From Fonticula alba ATCC 38817 (lineage: Eukaryota; Protista; Nucleariida): a stretch of DNA of 48,832 nt. Within the stretch, counting starts at the first letter, position 1. Every line of letters begins with the position of its first letter. The stretch is from NCBI GenBank assembly GCA_000388065.2, contig KB932202.1; one strand, 5' to 3'. This document shows, one piece after another, positions 47,901-48,832 of the stretch. Under the pieces are notes generated by a model. It had not been told where the DNA came from and ran no database searches. It saw only the letters and a program-made list of their open reading frames with translations. Both the position numbers and the translations under genes were made by a program.

Positions 47901-48832
47901 GGCCGGGAAACAAGGACATCGGGCCGTGAGCTAGGGGGAGAAAGAGAGCGGGTACCCGCAGGCGGCTGGGGGCCGTCCGGCCAAGTGTGAGCCCCGGCAT
48001 TGGCTCTCGCAGCACCCAGGAAGGCTGGCGGACGCCCCCGCATGCGCGCGCACGCGGCCACAAACACACAACACGCTCACGCGCGCAACGCACGCCCGGC
48101 ATTTTGCGCTGAAACGCCGCCCGGCGGCCCCCTGCAGCAGGATACCGTCCGGCAATGGGCCCCCCCCCGGCCGGGGGAAGGGCGAGTTACCCAACACAAT
48201 GGGGGAGGGGCACAGGCTCGGCTCGCGCGCCATGGTCGTCCGGCGAGCGAGCGAGCGTGCGCGCGCGCGCGGCACCGGCAGCGAGGCGTTGCCGTGGTGC
48301 CTGGAGTGTCTGCCGCGGGGGAGCACGGACAGTTGGCACTTGGGCGCCGCACGCCCCGGGACCTTGGCGGCGCCGGCCCTTCGCCCGGGAGGGGGAGAGC
48401 GCCGGTCAAAATACCGGGCAGGCGGGCGGTGCTTCGTCGACGGCGGGGAACTCCCGTCCGCGCCCCCCCCCCCCCCCCCCCGGTGCGGCTGCCGCTGCAT
48501 TCGTCCCTGTACCGAGCGGCAACATGCGTCGGCGGCAGGCGACCGTCTCGGCGCCTGCTGCACCTGTGCCAGGCCCATGTGCTTTTAGCGAAGAAGCTGT
48601 ATTCCCATCCGTGGGGCCCCCCCGAGCGTTGAGTGTGCCCCCGGTCTGTCTCCCTCTCTCTCTCTCGCGCTCGCACTCGGACTCGGCTAGACACATTCCG
48701 AGAGTGTGCTCTTGTCACTGTAAAGAGTGGCGGCCGCGAGGCGAGGGCACGCAAGAAAGAAAACAAAAGACCCAGTTGTGCCTGTGCCGAACGTTCAGCC
48801 GCCACTGGCTGAGTACCGGGGGAGGGGGGGGG

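Overview
This is an intron-rich, very GC-rich eukaryotic window, not a prokaryotic one: no CRISPR arrays, IS elements, rRNA or tRNA were seen. By hand-splicing I resolved seven protein-coding genes: PET100 (+), a type III GGPP synthase (-), a Bro1/ALIX-family ESCRT adaptor with an ~850-aa PYG-repeat tail (-), an ArfGAP+PX protein (-), an ~4,950-aa spastizin/ZFYVE26 homolog (+), a divergent E2F (+) and NUP88/Nup82 (-). The last ~4 kb look non-coding, and there are three N-gaps. Gene content (E2F plus spastizin, fungal/animal-type GGPS) and the Gly/Pro/Ala/Ser insertions suggest an early-branching opisthokont such as Fonticula; this is inference only. The best leads are: (1) the spastizin FYVE domain lies ~1,000 aa upstream of its metazoan position; (2) the peflin-like PYG tail on Bro1; (3) the ArfGAP-PX fusion with a 36-aa zinc-finger insert; (4) splice donors almost all GTRCGY, with no +4A; (5) three adjacent endosomal/PI3P genes. 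All family matches come from recalled motifs, not from searches, and exon models need RNA-seq confirmation. I found no clear-cut novel multi-gene system.
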